From Candidatus Sumerlaea chitinivorans (GTDB lineage: Bacteria; Sumerlaeota; Sumerlaeia; Sumerlaeales; Sumerlaeaceae): a DNA stretch of 64,000 nt. Under the pieces are notes generated by a model. The model saw nothing but the letters and a program-made list of their open reading frames with translations, was not told the origin of the DNA and did not search any database. Positions 54,562-64,000 of this stretch are shown piece after piece. How positions within the stretch are numbered: position 1 is the first letter of the stretch; each line of letters opens with the position of its first letter. The position numbers and the translations under genes were made by a program. The stretch spans positions 1,205,144 through 1,269,143 of the forward strand of contig CP030759.1 in assembly GCA_003290465.1 (NCBI GenBank), given 5' to 3'.

Positions 54562-55866
54562 ATGGTAAAGGGAAATGTGTCGGTCCAGAGCGTGAACGAG
54601 CTTTTGCCGGAGATCAAGGTCACCCCTCCCGGTCCGAAAGCGAAAGCAGTGATCGAGAGAGACCACGCGATCATGTCCCCCTCCTACACTCGTGACTACG
54701 GCTTTGTGATGGAGCGCGGTGAAGGTTGCGTGGTTTGGGACGTCGACGGAAATCGGTACCTTGATCTTGCTGCCGGGATCGCTGTCTGTTCGACCGGCCA
54801 TTCCCATCCTAAGGTCGTAGCCGCTATTCAGGAACAAGCCTCGAAATTCCTGCATATGAGCGGAACGGACTTCTACTATGAGGTTCAAATCCGCCTTGCG
54901 GAACGGCTCGCCAAATACGCCCCAATCTCGGGCCCCAAGCGAGTTTTTTTCACAAATTCCGGCGCTGAATCCATCGAGTGTGCTATTAAGCTCGCGCGCC
55001 ACCACACGCGAGGCCATCAGATGTTGGCCTTTTACGGATCATTCCACGGACGCACGATGGGGGCGCTCTCACTAACCTCGAGCAAGAATATCCAGCGCAG
55101 AAACTTCGGCCCATTCCTGAGCGGGGTGGTGCACGTAGACTACCAGCAGCCCGTTGAGCTCATCGAGCGCAATGTGATCAAGCGCGTAATTGATGAGGGA
55201 AATTTTGCTGCGGTCTTTGTGGAGCCAATTCAGGGTGAAGGTGGCTATATTGTGCCGAGCAAGCAATGGCTACTGGAATTGCGCGAGCTTTGCACTCGCT
55301 ACGGGATTGTATTGGTCGCCGACGAAGTGCAGTGCGGCATGGGGCGCACCGGCAAGATGTTCGCTTGCGAGCACTTTGGCCTCGAGCCAGACATCATTTG
55401 CACTGCGAAGGGTATCGCCTCCGGTTTACCGCTCGGCGCCGTCATCGCTCGCGCAGACATTATGAACTGGCAACCCGGTCAACACGCCTCCACCTTTGGC
55501 GGAAATCCTGTTGCTTGTGCAGCGGCGAACGCCACGTTGGATCTTCTCGAAGAATCTCTCATGGAAAATGCGAGCGTCGTCGGTGCGTATCTCGTCGAGC
55601 AGCTCCACGCACTCTGCCAGCGAGTGAAAATTCTTGCGAACCCCCGAGGCCTTGGTCTGATGGTGGGGATCGATGCCGTGGACAAGGAGGGGAAACCCTC
55701 CCCCGATCTGCGCAATAAAATTGTGACCAGCCTCTTCTACGAAGGAGTTCTCATCTTGGGCTGCGGTGCCCATAGCATCCGTTTCTGCCCGCCACTTGTT
55801 CTCCAAAAAGAACAAGTGGATTACGCGATCGCAGCATTAGAGCGCGTATGCGCGAAACTCCAATAA
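54562..55866 (+). CDS. Class III aminotransferase (4-aminobutyrate / omega-aminotransferase-like)
   Basis: ORF 54532..55866 (TTG); ATG at 54562 after AAGGG. Pattern DLAAGIAVCSTGHSHP, FTNSGAESIECAIKLAR, LVADEVQCGMGRTGKMFA, CTAKGIASG (PLP lysine). Confidence 0.82.
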   Translation: MVKGNVSVQSVNELLPEIKVTPPGPKAKAVIERDHAIMSPSYTRDYGFVMERGEGCVVWDVDGNRYLDLAAGIAVCSTGHSHPKVVAAIQEQASKFLHMSGTDFYYEVQIRLAERLAKYAPISGPKRVFFTNSGAESIECAIKLARHHTRGHQMLAFYGSFHGRTMGALSLTSSKNIQRRNFGPFLSGVVHVDYQQPVELIERNVIKRVIDEGNFAAVFVEPIQGEGGYIVPSKQWLLELRELCTRYGIVLVADEVQCGMGRTGKMFACEHFGLEPDIICTAKGIASGLPLGAVIARADIMNWQPGQHASTFGGNPVACAAANATLDLLEESLMENASVVGAYLVEQLHALCQRVKILANPRGLGLMVGIDAVDKEGKPSPDLRNKIVTSLFYEGVLILGCGAHSIRFCPPLVLQKEQVDYAIAALERVCAKLQ

Positions 55867-55958
55867 AGCTCGGGGCTGAACCAACGCGCTGAGTTGAATG
55901 GCTGGAAAACGGCCTCCCAGTGATTCGCTGGTTGGCATTACTGACCAAAGCGGAAAGC

Positions 55959-55986
55959 TTGCGGGTGTAGAAAAATGTGATAAGAT
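55959..55986 (+). promoter_or_regulatory. Candidate sigma-70-type promoter upstream of coaE
   Basis: TTGCGG - 16 nt - TAAGAT about 80 bp upstream of the coaE start; weak match to TTGACA/TATAAT. Coordinates approximate. Confidence 0.25.
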
Positions 55987-56067
55987 TTGCACAAACGGCT
56001 GTAACTTATAGCGACGCCAGTGCAGCTTATCCCCCGCACAAGCATCCGAGAGTGAGCTTTTAGTATT

Positions 56068-56667
56068 GTGATCTTGGGGTTAACTGGTACTATTGGAAGC
56101 GGGAAAAGCACTGTTGCTCGCATGTTTCAGGAACTTGCGGGGGCGATCGTCATCGACGCAGATTCCATCGCCCACGAAGTTCAAGAGCCCGGTGGCGCCG
56201 CCTACGAGGCCATCCTCAACGCGTTCGGAAAGGAAGTTTTGCTGCCGGACGGCAGAATTTCGCGAGCAAAACTCGGCGAACTTGTTTTTCGGGATCCGAA
56301 GAAACGGACTGTACTAAACGAAATTATTCATCCCCGCGTTCGTGAGCGCGAATTAGAGTTACTTGAGAAATATCGTGAGCACCCATTGGTGATCTTGATG
56401 GTTCCATTGCTGTTTGAGAACCAAATGGAATCACTGGTGGACAAGGTTGTGGTTGTCGCCACGGATGACGCGATTCGGCGCGAGAGACTTAAGGCGCGGT
56501 CGGGGTGGGATGATGAAGAGATTTCCCGAAGGTTGGCTGCTCAACTTTCGGACGATGAGAAGGTTCGACGAGCTGACTACGTGATCTGGAACAGCGGTTC
56601 AATGCAAGAAACCCAGTCACAAGTCGAAGCGCTACTCAAAGAGCTTGGCTTTCTGCAGACGACTTAA
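56068..56667 (+). CDS. coaE: Dephospho-CoA kinase
   Basis: 199 aa; GTG start; MILGLTGTIGSGKSTVARMF (P-loop), IDADSIAHEV, length typical of CoaE. Confidence 0.9.
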   Translation: MILGLTGTIGSGKSTVARMFQELAGAIVIDADSIAHEVQEPGGAAYEAILNAFGKEVLLPDGRISRAKLGELVFRDPKKRTVLNEIIHPRVRERELELLEKYREHPLVILMVPLLFENQMESLVDKVVVVATDDAIRRERLKARSGWDDEEISRRLAAQLSDDEKVRRADYVIWNSGSMQETQSQVEALLKELGFLQTT

Positions 56668-56808
56668 CGGATCACCCAAGATTCGTTCGCGTTAGCCTGC
56701 AGTGCCTGTTTTTCACCCCTAAAGCCTGTGCACTGCAAGTGGGTGTCGGAGGTACGCCCCTTGCCCACAGGCCAAAACAGAGAATCGAAGCAAAGGAGAA
56801 TGTCACCT

Positions 56809-58074
<1,266 letters not shown>

Positions 58075-58405
58075 GGGGATTCCACTTCTGAGGATGCCAG
58101 CAGGCCACGCTATGGGGTCGCAGCTATTCTCTCACTTCTATGCGCGGGGCTGTGCGGCAGCGGATACTGAGCGTCCTTGTTACGTCGTGTTCTAACAAAC
58201 AAGCGCTGCAACTCTCCTCGAAAAGTCTGCCCGGAGTTAGCAGCGCAGAAGCTCCCCATAGGGAAGGTCGCGCGAGGATGCGGTTCGAGACGACGATGGT
58301 TGCCGCGGAAACACGTTCGCGCGAATCCCTTAAGCGTGATCGCCCCCTCGGCGAAAGTTAAGGTACTCACTTATGCTCGCGAACATTTCGGCCTCGGCAG
58401 CTGAC

Positions 58406-59242
58406 TCATGGATTGCGAAACGATACCATGGTTTCTGTAATCACATTGTCCGCTTGGCGCGTATCGACGTGACTCTCCGCCGGTGACCTCGAACCAGTCA
58501 AAAAGCGTCCGACTCTTCCCGGCCAACGCCATGAAAAAGCCCACAACGAGACGGTCCAGCCGATTGCTCCACCCATCAGGATGTCCTCGAGATAATGGTG
58601 GCTGGACTTCACGCGCGCAAGGGCTGCGAGCACAGCAAGACCAAGCCAAATCCACCGCGCCTCCGGATACATCGCGCACAAAAAGGCGGCAAGGGCAAAC
58701 GCCGCACAGGCATGACCCGACGGAAAAGAAGCATCCCAATCTGCAAACCACAGACGATTGCGATGGAGGCCAAGCCACAGATCCCGGTGTTCTATCGGAA
58801 TGTACTTGTCGGGATGCCTTTGGGCACGCTCGAGCATGACCTTTTCGCGATGAGCATCCAAGTTGATTGACCATTCGGGACGGCGGCGTCCCGCAGTTTC
58901 CTTGATAACACTATTCAGACCTCCCGCCGCAAGAGCGCCAACCACGAGGTATGGAAGGAAATGTCGGCGACGCCGATCTAACATCCAGACCGTCAGGAGA
59001 ACAACCACGGGGGCGAAGGGATTGGCATATTGCAGGGCTAAAGCGAACAAATGCTGAAGGGGAGCATTTTCAAGAGCAGGTTGCAAAACACGAAAAATCG
59101 CTACGCCATACGGGATGAGCGCAAGCGATAAAAGGGCTGCAGCTCCGGGAACAAGCACGGAACGCCAGGACCATGGAAGCAGCACCCAATCCGTACACTT
59201 ATCAGGTGTAGAACCCACCGATCCTTCAGCAGCACTATCCAT
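58406..59242 (-). CDS. PAP2-family phosphatase (phosphatidic acid / undecaprenyl-PP phosphatase-like)
   Basis: 278 aa membrane protein; PAP2 signature elements ...AGRRRPEW, SFPSGH, ...SSHHYLEDIL. Confidence 0.75.
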   Translation of the reverse strand: MDSAAEGSVGSTPDKCTDWVLLPWSWRSVLVPGAAALLSLALIPYGVAIFRVLQPALENAPLQHLFALALQYANPFAPVVVLLTVWMLDRRRRHFLPYLVVGALAAGGLNSVIKETAGRRRPEWSINLDAHREKVMLERAQRHPDKYIPIEHRDLWLGLHRNRLWFADWDASFPSGHACAAFALAAFLCAMYPEARWIWLGLAVLAALARVKSSHHYLEDILMGGAIGWTVSLWAFSWRWPGRVGRFLTGSRSPAESHVDTRQADNVITETMVSFRNP

Positions 59243-59301
59243 ACTTTCTATGATTTCCGCGTGCGTCAGGAGAAATGGACACTCAGAACTTCTGCCGAAG
59301 C

Positions 59302-59793
59302 TTATGTGCGCGGGTCGGGGTTATTCAGAATCTTTGCCGCTTGTTCAGCCCGGAATGCTTCGAGTTTGGTGCGGTAGCTCGGTTCGCTTTGCGCGAGAAT
59401 GGCTATTGCGAATAGCGCGGCATTGACGGCTCCCGCTTTCCCAATTGCAAACGTCGCCACGGGCACGCCTGCGGGCATCTGGACCATGGAAAGCAGAGAG
59501 TCGAGGCCCTGCAGGGCATCGGATTTCATCGGCACAGCAAGAACGGGTAAGGTAGTCTTTGCGGCCAGAACACCGGCTAAGTGCGCTGCCCCCCCCGCTG
59601 CTGCAATCAGCACCGAGAGGCCTCGCGCGGCAGCGGTCGCGGCATACTCAAAAGCTGCATCCGGAGTGCGATGGGCGGAACAAACACGCACTTCACAACT
59701 AACTCCAAACCGCTCCAACGTTTCCACACAATGACGCATGGTCTCCCAGTCGGATTTCGATCCCATGAGCACACCGACCTGTGGTTGGGACAT
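59302..59793 (-). CDS. purE: 5-(carboxyamino)imidazole ribonucleotide mutase
   Basis: ORF 59302..59919; start re-assigned to MSQPQVGVLMGSKSDWE (59793). Pattern VRVCSAHRTPD, IAAAGGAAHLAGVLAAKTTLPVLAVP. Confidence 0.88.
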   Translation of the reverse strand: MSQPQVGVLMGSKSDWETMRHCVETLERFGVSCEVRVCSAHRTPDAAFEYAATAAARGLSVLIAAAGGAAHLAGVLAAKTTLPVLAVPMKSDALQGLDSLLSMVQMPAGVPVATFAIGKAGAVNAALFAIAILAQSEPSYRTKLEAFRAEQAAKILNNPDPRT

Positions 59794-59912
59794 TGCACGA
59801 TCTCCTTCAAAATCCTCGATGGTTTCGAACGCGCGTTTTCCTGGTTCAAAGGCCGATGGACTCGCAAGGAGAACCAGACGTCGTCGTGTGTGACAAATTT
59901 GTGTCGGGACGC

Positions 59913-61055
59913 CTACCACTCCCTCCTCGGCAATAAGCGAAACAAGTGGTGTAACGCTATACCAATCAAAATGGCCCAGACATACCCATAGGGAACGAGG
60001 GCAGCAAGCAAGCCTCCACTCAAAGCGATAAAGAGTTCTTCACGGTTTGGAGCCACATCCTTGATGAAACGCATCAAAGTTATGGCTTCAAAGACCAGAA
60101 TGACACCAAGTATTGAGGTCGGGAACACTTGAACAAGGTCGGAAAACGCCTTCGAAAAAAACAAGCCAACCACAAGCCAAATGCTTCCATAAATTACGAC
60201 ACTCCCTCCGGTGCGCGCCCCAAAGAAACAATGGCCTGCCATACCACCGCACCCGTGGCACGTCGGAATGCCTCCAAGAAGAGGTTGAACAAAATTCATC
60301 AAGCTATAGGTCACGCCAAGTTTTCGAACGGTGATGCGGCGCTCTGGGAAGAGATCATTTGCGACAGCCGTCGTGGCAAAGAGAGAATTGGACATGCTCA
60401 GGGGAAGTTGTGGTAAAGAAAGCAACAAGAAACCTGTCCAAAGGTCTTCCCACGAAACAGTATGCAAGGTTGGAAGACGAAACTCGATCCCTTGAATTAT
60501 GCTCGAGAACGGGACCTTGCCCTGAAACACAGTCCACACTAACCCCAAAGCCACCACCACTAACGCGGCTGGTAACCGACGATTTCCTATCAGCAGAATC
60601 ACGATCCCCGCCCCCACAAAAGCAAGAAGCCAGCCGAGGGGCCCTTCTCGTGGGATATAATCTTTAAGTGCTAATGAGGCCAGCTGCAGCCCTAATCCGA
60701 ATTGGACACCGCGGATGGCGGAACGGGGAATCAACCGACATAGCCAGTCGAGAATTCCACTCGCTGATAGTATAAGCATCACAATTGCAATCGCAAGTCC
60801 GCCCCCCCAGAGAACATTTGCCGGCAGCTTCTGCGCGAGCACAATCACAGCCATGGCTTTGAGTGGCTGCACCGGCATGGGGATCCCATAGACAAGCCCA
60901 GTCAAGAGCTGCGCCACGCCAAATCCCACGAGGGGTCCCACTGGATCCATCTTGGTTGATTGGATGATGCCGACGATGAGGGGTAGATCGGTACCAATAT
61001 CTCCAAACGCCCCTGCAAGTTCGTTTCGGTTAAAAGAGATTCGTGGTTTCCACAT
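59913..61055 (-). CDS. Putative sulfate/molybdate transporter-family membrane protein
   Basis: ORF 59913..61118; likely start MWKPRISFNRNELAGAFGDIGTDLPLIVGI (61055). About 10 TM helices; N-terminal AGAFGDIGTDLPL motif resembles MOT1/SulP-related transporters. Family assignment tentative. Confidence 0.5.
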   Translation of the reverse strand: MWKPRISFNRNELAGAFGDIGTDLPLIVGIIQSTKMDPVGPLVGFGVAQLLTGLVYGIPMPVQPLKAMAVIVLAQKLPANVLWGGGLAIAIVMLILSASGILDWLCRLIPRSAIRGVQFGLGLQLASLALKDYIPREGPLGWLLAFVGAGIVILLIGNRRLPAALVVVALGLVWTVFQGKVPFSSIIQGIEFRLPTLHTVSWEDLWTGFLLLSLPQLPLSMSNSLFATTAVANDLFPERRITVRKLGVTYSLMNFVQPLLGGIPTCHGCGGMAGHCFFGARTGGSVVIYGSIWLVVGLFFSKAFSDLVQVFPTSILGVILVFEAITLMRFIKDVAPNREELFIALSGGLLAALVPYGYVWAILIGIALHHLFRLLPRREW

Positions 61056-61375
61056 GGCTCCCTTGCCAAAGCGCCGATGGAGCCTCAGCGTTTGCAAGAA
61101 GAATGTTCCCTCGGCCACGCAGCTCCAAACTCGACATTTCTTGACATTAGTTAATGGCGAGCGTGACTCTTGCGAAGGGGCTCACCCGGTTCTTCCGCGC
61201 CCCAACTGACGGACGCCACGTTGCGAGCACGAGTGAAGCAAACTCACTAATGTTACTCCTCGCGAAGATCCGGCTGTTACCTTGTATGCGAGGGTCGCCA
61301 AAGGACGCCCAACACCGCAGGGCAACTTTTCCTTACCACAAGAAACTAAGGACGCAATCAATCTGAACCAATGTA

Positions 61376-61398
61376 GTTTTGTATAATTGATACAAAAC
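61376..61398 (+). promoter_or_regulatory. Perfect 9-5-9 inverted repeat overlapping a consensus -10 box upstream of ackA (candidate operator)
   Basis: GTTTTGTAT-aattg-ATACAAAAC; TATAAT at 61382-61387 lies inside the left arm and spacer; in an AT-rich intergenic region about 110 bp upstream of the ackA ATG. Confidence 0.5.
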
Positions 61399-61509
61399 AG
61401 TCGAGAATATGCTTGATTGCTCAGGATTCTTTATTTGATTGTGGAATAAATTGCGTGCGAAAAGGTACTGTGTCATCGGCTTAATCTTCTTTCAATAAAA
61501 GGAATCTGT

Positions 61510-62748
61510 ATGAAAGTTCTCGTTTTGAATGTTGGAAGTTCTTCGGTAAAATTTGAGCTCATTGAAACAAGCCTCGAAGCAATCCAAAATGGCACGGAAC
61601 GCAAACTGGGCCGGGGGCTGGTCGACAAAATCGGCATGACGACCTCGACGGTGAAGTTTCAGGCGCCCGGTAAAGATCAATTTGTGGACACACCCAATGT
61701 GCCGGACCACCAGACAGCCATCAAGCATGTGCTGAGTCTGTTGTGCGATCCAAAGACCGGTGCCATTGCGAATGTGAGTGAAATTGAAGCCGTCGGACAC
61801 CGCGTAGTCCATGGCGGCGAGGACTTTGTACAGTCGACACTCATTGACGATGCGGCGCTCGAGAAAATCCGTGAGTGCTTTGAGCTCGCCCCCCTTCACA
61901 ACCCCCACAATTATAAGGGCATTCGTTTGATGCAAGAAGCCCTTCCGAACATTCCGCATGTGGCAGTGTTCGATACCAGCTTCCACCAAACGATGCCCAA
62001 ATACGCATATATTTATGCGCTTCCTTACGAAGTCTATCAAAAGTATAAAGTGCGCCGATACGGGTTCCATGGTACGTCGCATCGGTACATGACCTATGCG
62101 CTCGAGACGCGCTTCGCCAAAAAGCCCAGAAAAGAGTTCAAGGCCATCACTGTTCACTTGGGCAATGGCTGCTCACTGGCTGCAGTTGACGGTGGTCGTT
62201 CCATTGACACCTCGATGGGCTTCACTCCCCTTGAGGGCCTGATCATGGGCACACGGTGCGGCGATGTGGATCCCGCCGTGATCCTATACCTCATGGCCAA
62301 GGAAGATCACTCGCTGCAGGAGATGAACACGATCCTTAACAAATTCAGCGGCCTGAAAGGAATCTCCGGCGTCTCAAACGATATGCGCGAGCTCGTGGCT
62401 GCGATGCGTGAAGGGAACGAGCGGGCCACTTTGGCGGTACGCGCATTCGCCTACCGCGTGCGCAAATATATTGGTGCGTACCATGCAGCATTGGGCGGAG
62501 CGGATTATATCGCATTTGCGGGCGGCATTGGCGAGAACAGTCCATTGGTGCGGGAACTGATCCTCGACGGGATGGAGAAGCTGGGAATCATTCTCGACAA
62601 AGGCCGCAATAACTCGGTCGGCGGGACAGGGAGCCTAGGTGGTGAAATCACGGCAGAGGGCTCTCCGATTCGCGCCTTTGTGGTGCCGACGGACGAAGAA
62701 CTTGTCATCGCTCGTGACACCGTCCGTTGCATCGCGGGCGTACTGTAA
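61510..62748 (+). CDS. ackA: Acetate kinase
   Basis: 412 aa; MKVLVLNVGSSSVKFEL, VGHRVVHGG, AVFDTSFHQTMP, RYGFHGTSH; ATG preceded by AAAGGA. Confidence 0.93.
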   Translation: MKVLVLNVGSSSVKFELIETSLEAIQNGTERKLGRGLVDKIGMTTSTVKFQAPGKDQFVDTPNVPDHQTAIKHVLSLLCDPKTGAIANVSEIEAVGHRVVHGGEDFVQSTLIDDAALEKIRECFELAPLHNPHNYKGIRLMQEALPNIPHVAVFDTSFHQTMPKYAYIYALPYEVYQKYKVRRYGFHGTSHRYMTYALETRFAKKPRKEFKAITVHLGNGCSLAAVDGGRSIDTSMGFTPLEGLIMGTRCGDVDPAVILYLMAKEDHSLQEMNTILNKFSGLKGISGVSNDMRELVAAMREGNERATLAVRAFAYRVRKYIGAYHAALGGADYIAFAGGIGENSPLVRELILDGMEKLGIILDKGRNNSVGGTGSLGGEITAEGSPIRAFVVPTDEELVIARDTVRCIAGVL

Positions 62749-62874
62749 TCGGCGCGTGATCTCGGCAAATTGGTGGATCGCCGCTTCCGAGTTGAATGCG
62801 GAAGCGGCTTTTACTTTGGCCTCTCACGCATTTTGCTTCACAAAGAAACTGTGGGCAGAGGATAAGTTTAGGCT

Positions 62875-63390
62875 ATGAAGCGATATATTCTGACTTTCAC
62901 AGGAGCGGACCGGCCGGGGCTGATTGCCGCCATTGCGACAGTGCTGGCCGAAGAAGGGGTGGACATCGAAGACGTTTCCATGACCCGGCTATCGGGCAAT
63001 TTTGCGCTGATCCTGTTAGCCCGTGTGGGTGAGGAAGGGCGATTGCGAGAGCGTATGGGTGCTACTGCAGCAGACCTCGGCCTGCATTGGGACCTCGAAC
63101 CAGCCGTCGAGGAAATTGAGCACGAAAAACCCAACTTATTTGTCTCTGCAGTAGGTCCAAATCGGGTGGGGATTGTAGCTAAGCTCGCTACGACATTGGC
63201 GCGGCACAATGCGAACATCCTTGAGATGACTACCCGCTTGCTGGAACGCACAAGCGTACCAGTTTATCTTGTCCGCATTGAGGCCTACGTTCCGGAGGCG
63301 ATTGAAGCTCTGGAAATGGATCTTCAGGAGGCCGCACGTGAAATCGGGGTAGAGATTCGCGTGGAGCCCATTTCGATCGAGGAGTTATAG
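62875..63390 (+). CDS. Tandem ACT-domain regulatory protein (GcvR-like)
   Basis: 171 aa; two ACT-like halves (ILTFTGADRPGLIAAIATVLAEEGVDIEDV; LFVSAVGPNRVGIVAKLATTLARHNANILEM). Confidence 0.7.
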   Translation: MKRYILTFTGADRPGLIAAIATVLAEEGVDIEDVSMTRLSGNFALILLARVGEEGRLRERMGATAADLGLHWDLEPAVEEIEHEKPNLFVSAVGPNRVGIVAKLATTLARHNANILEMTTRLLERTSVPVYLVRIEAYVPEAIEALEMDLQEAAREIGVEIRVEPISIEEL

Positions 63391-63395
63391 GCGCA

Positions 63396-63887
63396 GTGCC
63401 CGCCCGTCCGATTCTTACCCTGCCCCATCCCCTCCTGCGCGCAAAAGCCGAAGTCGTGCAACCGCCATTTGACGCTGTTTCCGAAGTCATTCGGGACCTA
63501 TGGGAGACGCTGGATGCCCACGTTGGGGTAGGCATTGCAGCCCCCCAAATCGGAGAGTCGCTACGCATCATCGTGGCGGACGCAACCCGCGCCAAACGGC
63601 CGGTGAAAAACCACGGCAGACTTACTCTCATCAATCCGGTCATTCTCGAACGCGAAGGAACAATTGCATTTCGGGAAGGATGTCTCTCCGTGCCTGATTA
63701 CGTTGCCTTCGTAGAGCGCTCGCGCGTGGTGACGGTAAGCGCTCTGGCGCCCGATGGCTCACCGTTAGTGGTCACAGCCGAGGGGTTCGAAGCGGTCATT
63801 CTTCAGCACGAAATTGACCACTTAGACGGCATCCTTTTCATCGACCGGATCCGGCACGCCCGCGACATCAAGCTGCGCCCCCGGTAG
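63396..63887 (+). CDS. def: Peptide deformylase
   Basis: 163 aa; GTG start; GVGIAAPQIG, EGCLSVPD, HEIDHLDG metal-binding motifs. Confidence 0.92.
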   Translation: MPARPILTLPHPLLRAKAEVVQPPFDAVSEVIRDLWETLDAHVGVGIAAPQIGESLRIIVADATRAKRPVKNHGRLTLINPVILEREGTIAFREGCLSVPDYVAFVERSRVVTVSALAPDGSPLVVTAEGFEAVILQHEIDHLDGILFIDRIRHARDIKLRPR

Positions 63888-64000
63888 CCGTCTTCCACGT
63901 CCGAAAAGCACCCGTGAGATTGCGCACCCGAAAACCGTGTTGTGTCAGGAGCCTCGATGCATAATAGGAGCGCTGACCCGCGGCACAATAGACAATGACG

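Noticed and set aside
61154-61366. 70-aa ORF in the ackA upstream intergenic region
   Set aside because: No RBS, GTG/TTG-dependent, Arg-rich; more likely promoter/UTR DNA, although a small protein cannot be excluded.

Overview
This 64-kb window looks like a gene-dense chromosomal segment from a high-GC bacterium with an outer membrane (Lol-type lipoprotein-release permease/ATPase, GT9 heptosyltransferase, MsbA-like exporters, SurA-like chaperones). I can support about 55 protein-coding genes on both strands, two tRNAs (Ser-TGA, Leu-TAG), four rho-independent terminators and a few candidate regulatory sites. I found no rRNA, CRISPR array, transposase or integrase. Most genes are housekeeping (hppA, proC, yggS, ilvD, tdk, wecB, atpG, birA, coaX, ftsA, ftsQ, coaE, rho, purE, ackA, def). 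The best candidate for an undescribed system is a ~7.5-kb minus-strand type IV filament / T2SS-like cluster (14392-21844): one short GspE/PilB-like ATPase flanked by four tandem full-length PilC/GspF-like platform proteins, followed by three pilin-like proteins with atypical leader junctions, and no secretin, PilM/N/O or prepilin peptidase in the window. Other points worth a second look are a REC-like / LMW-PTP-like / SurA-like operon in which the phosphatase-fold protein has Asp in place of the nucleophilic Cys and carries an AT-hook tail; an ABC exporter with a STAS-like domain inserted after TM1; a membrane-anchored protein with a degenerate 5'-nucleotidase-like domain; ftsQ-ftsA with no adjacent ftsZ; a stand-alone atpG; and a perfect palindrome over a TATAAT box upstream of ackA. 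All calls come from reading the supplied ORF translations and sequence by eye; no database search or HMM was run, so family assignments are motif-based. CDS ends follow the ORF track, which renders GTG/TTG starts as M; several starts are re-assigned to a downstream ATG and are approximate.
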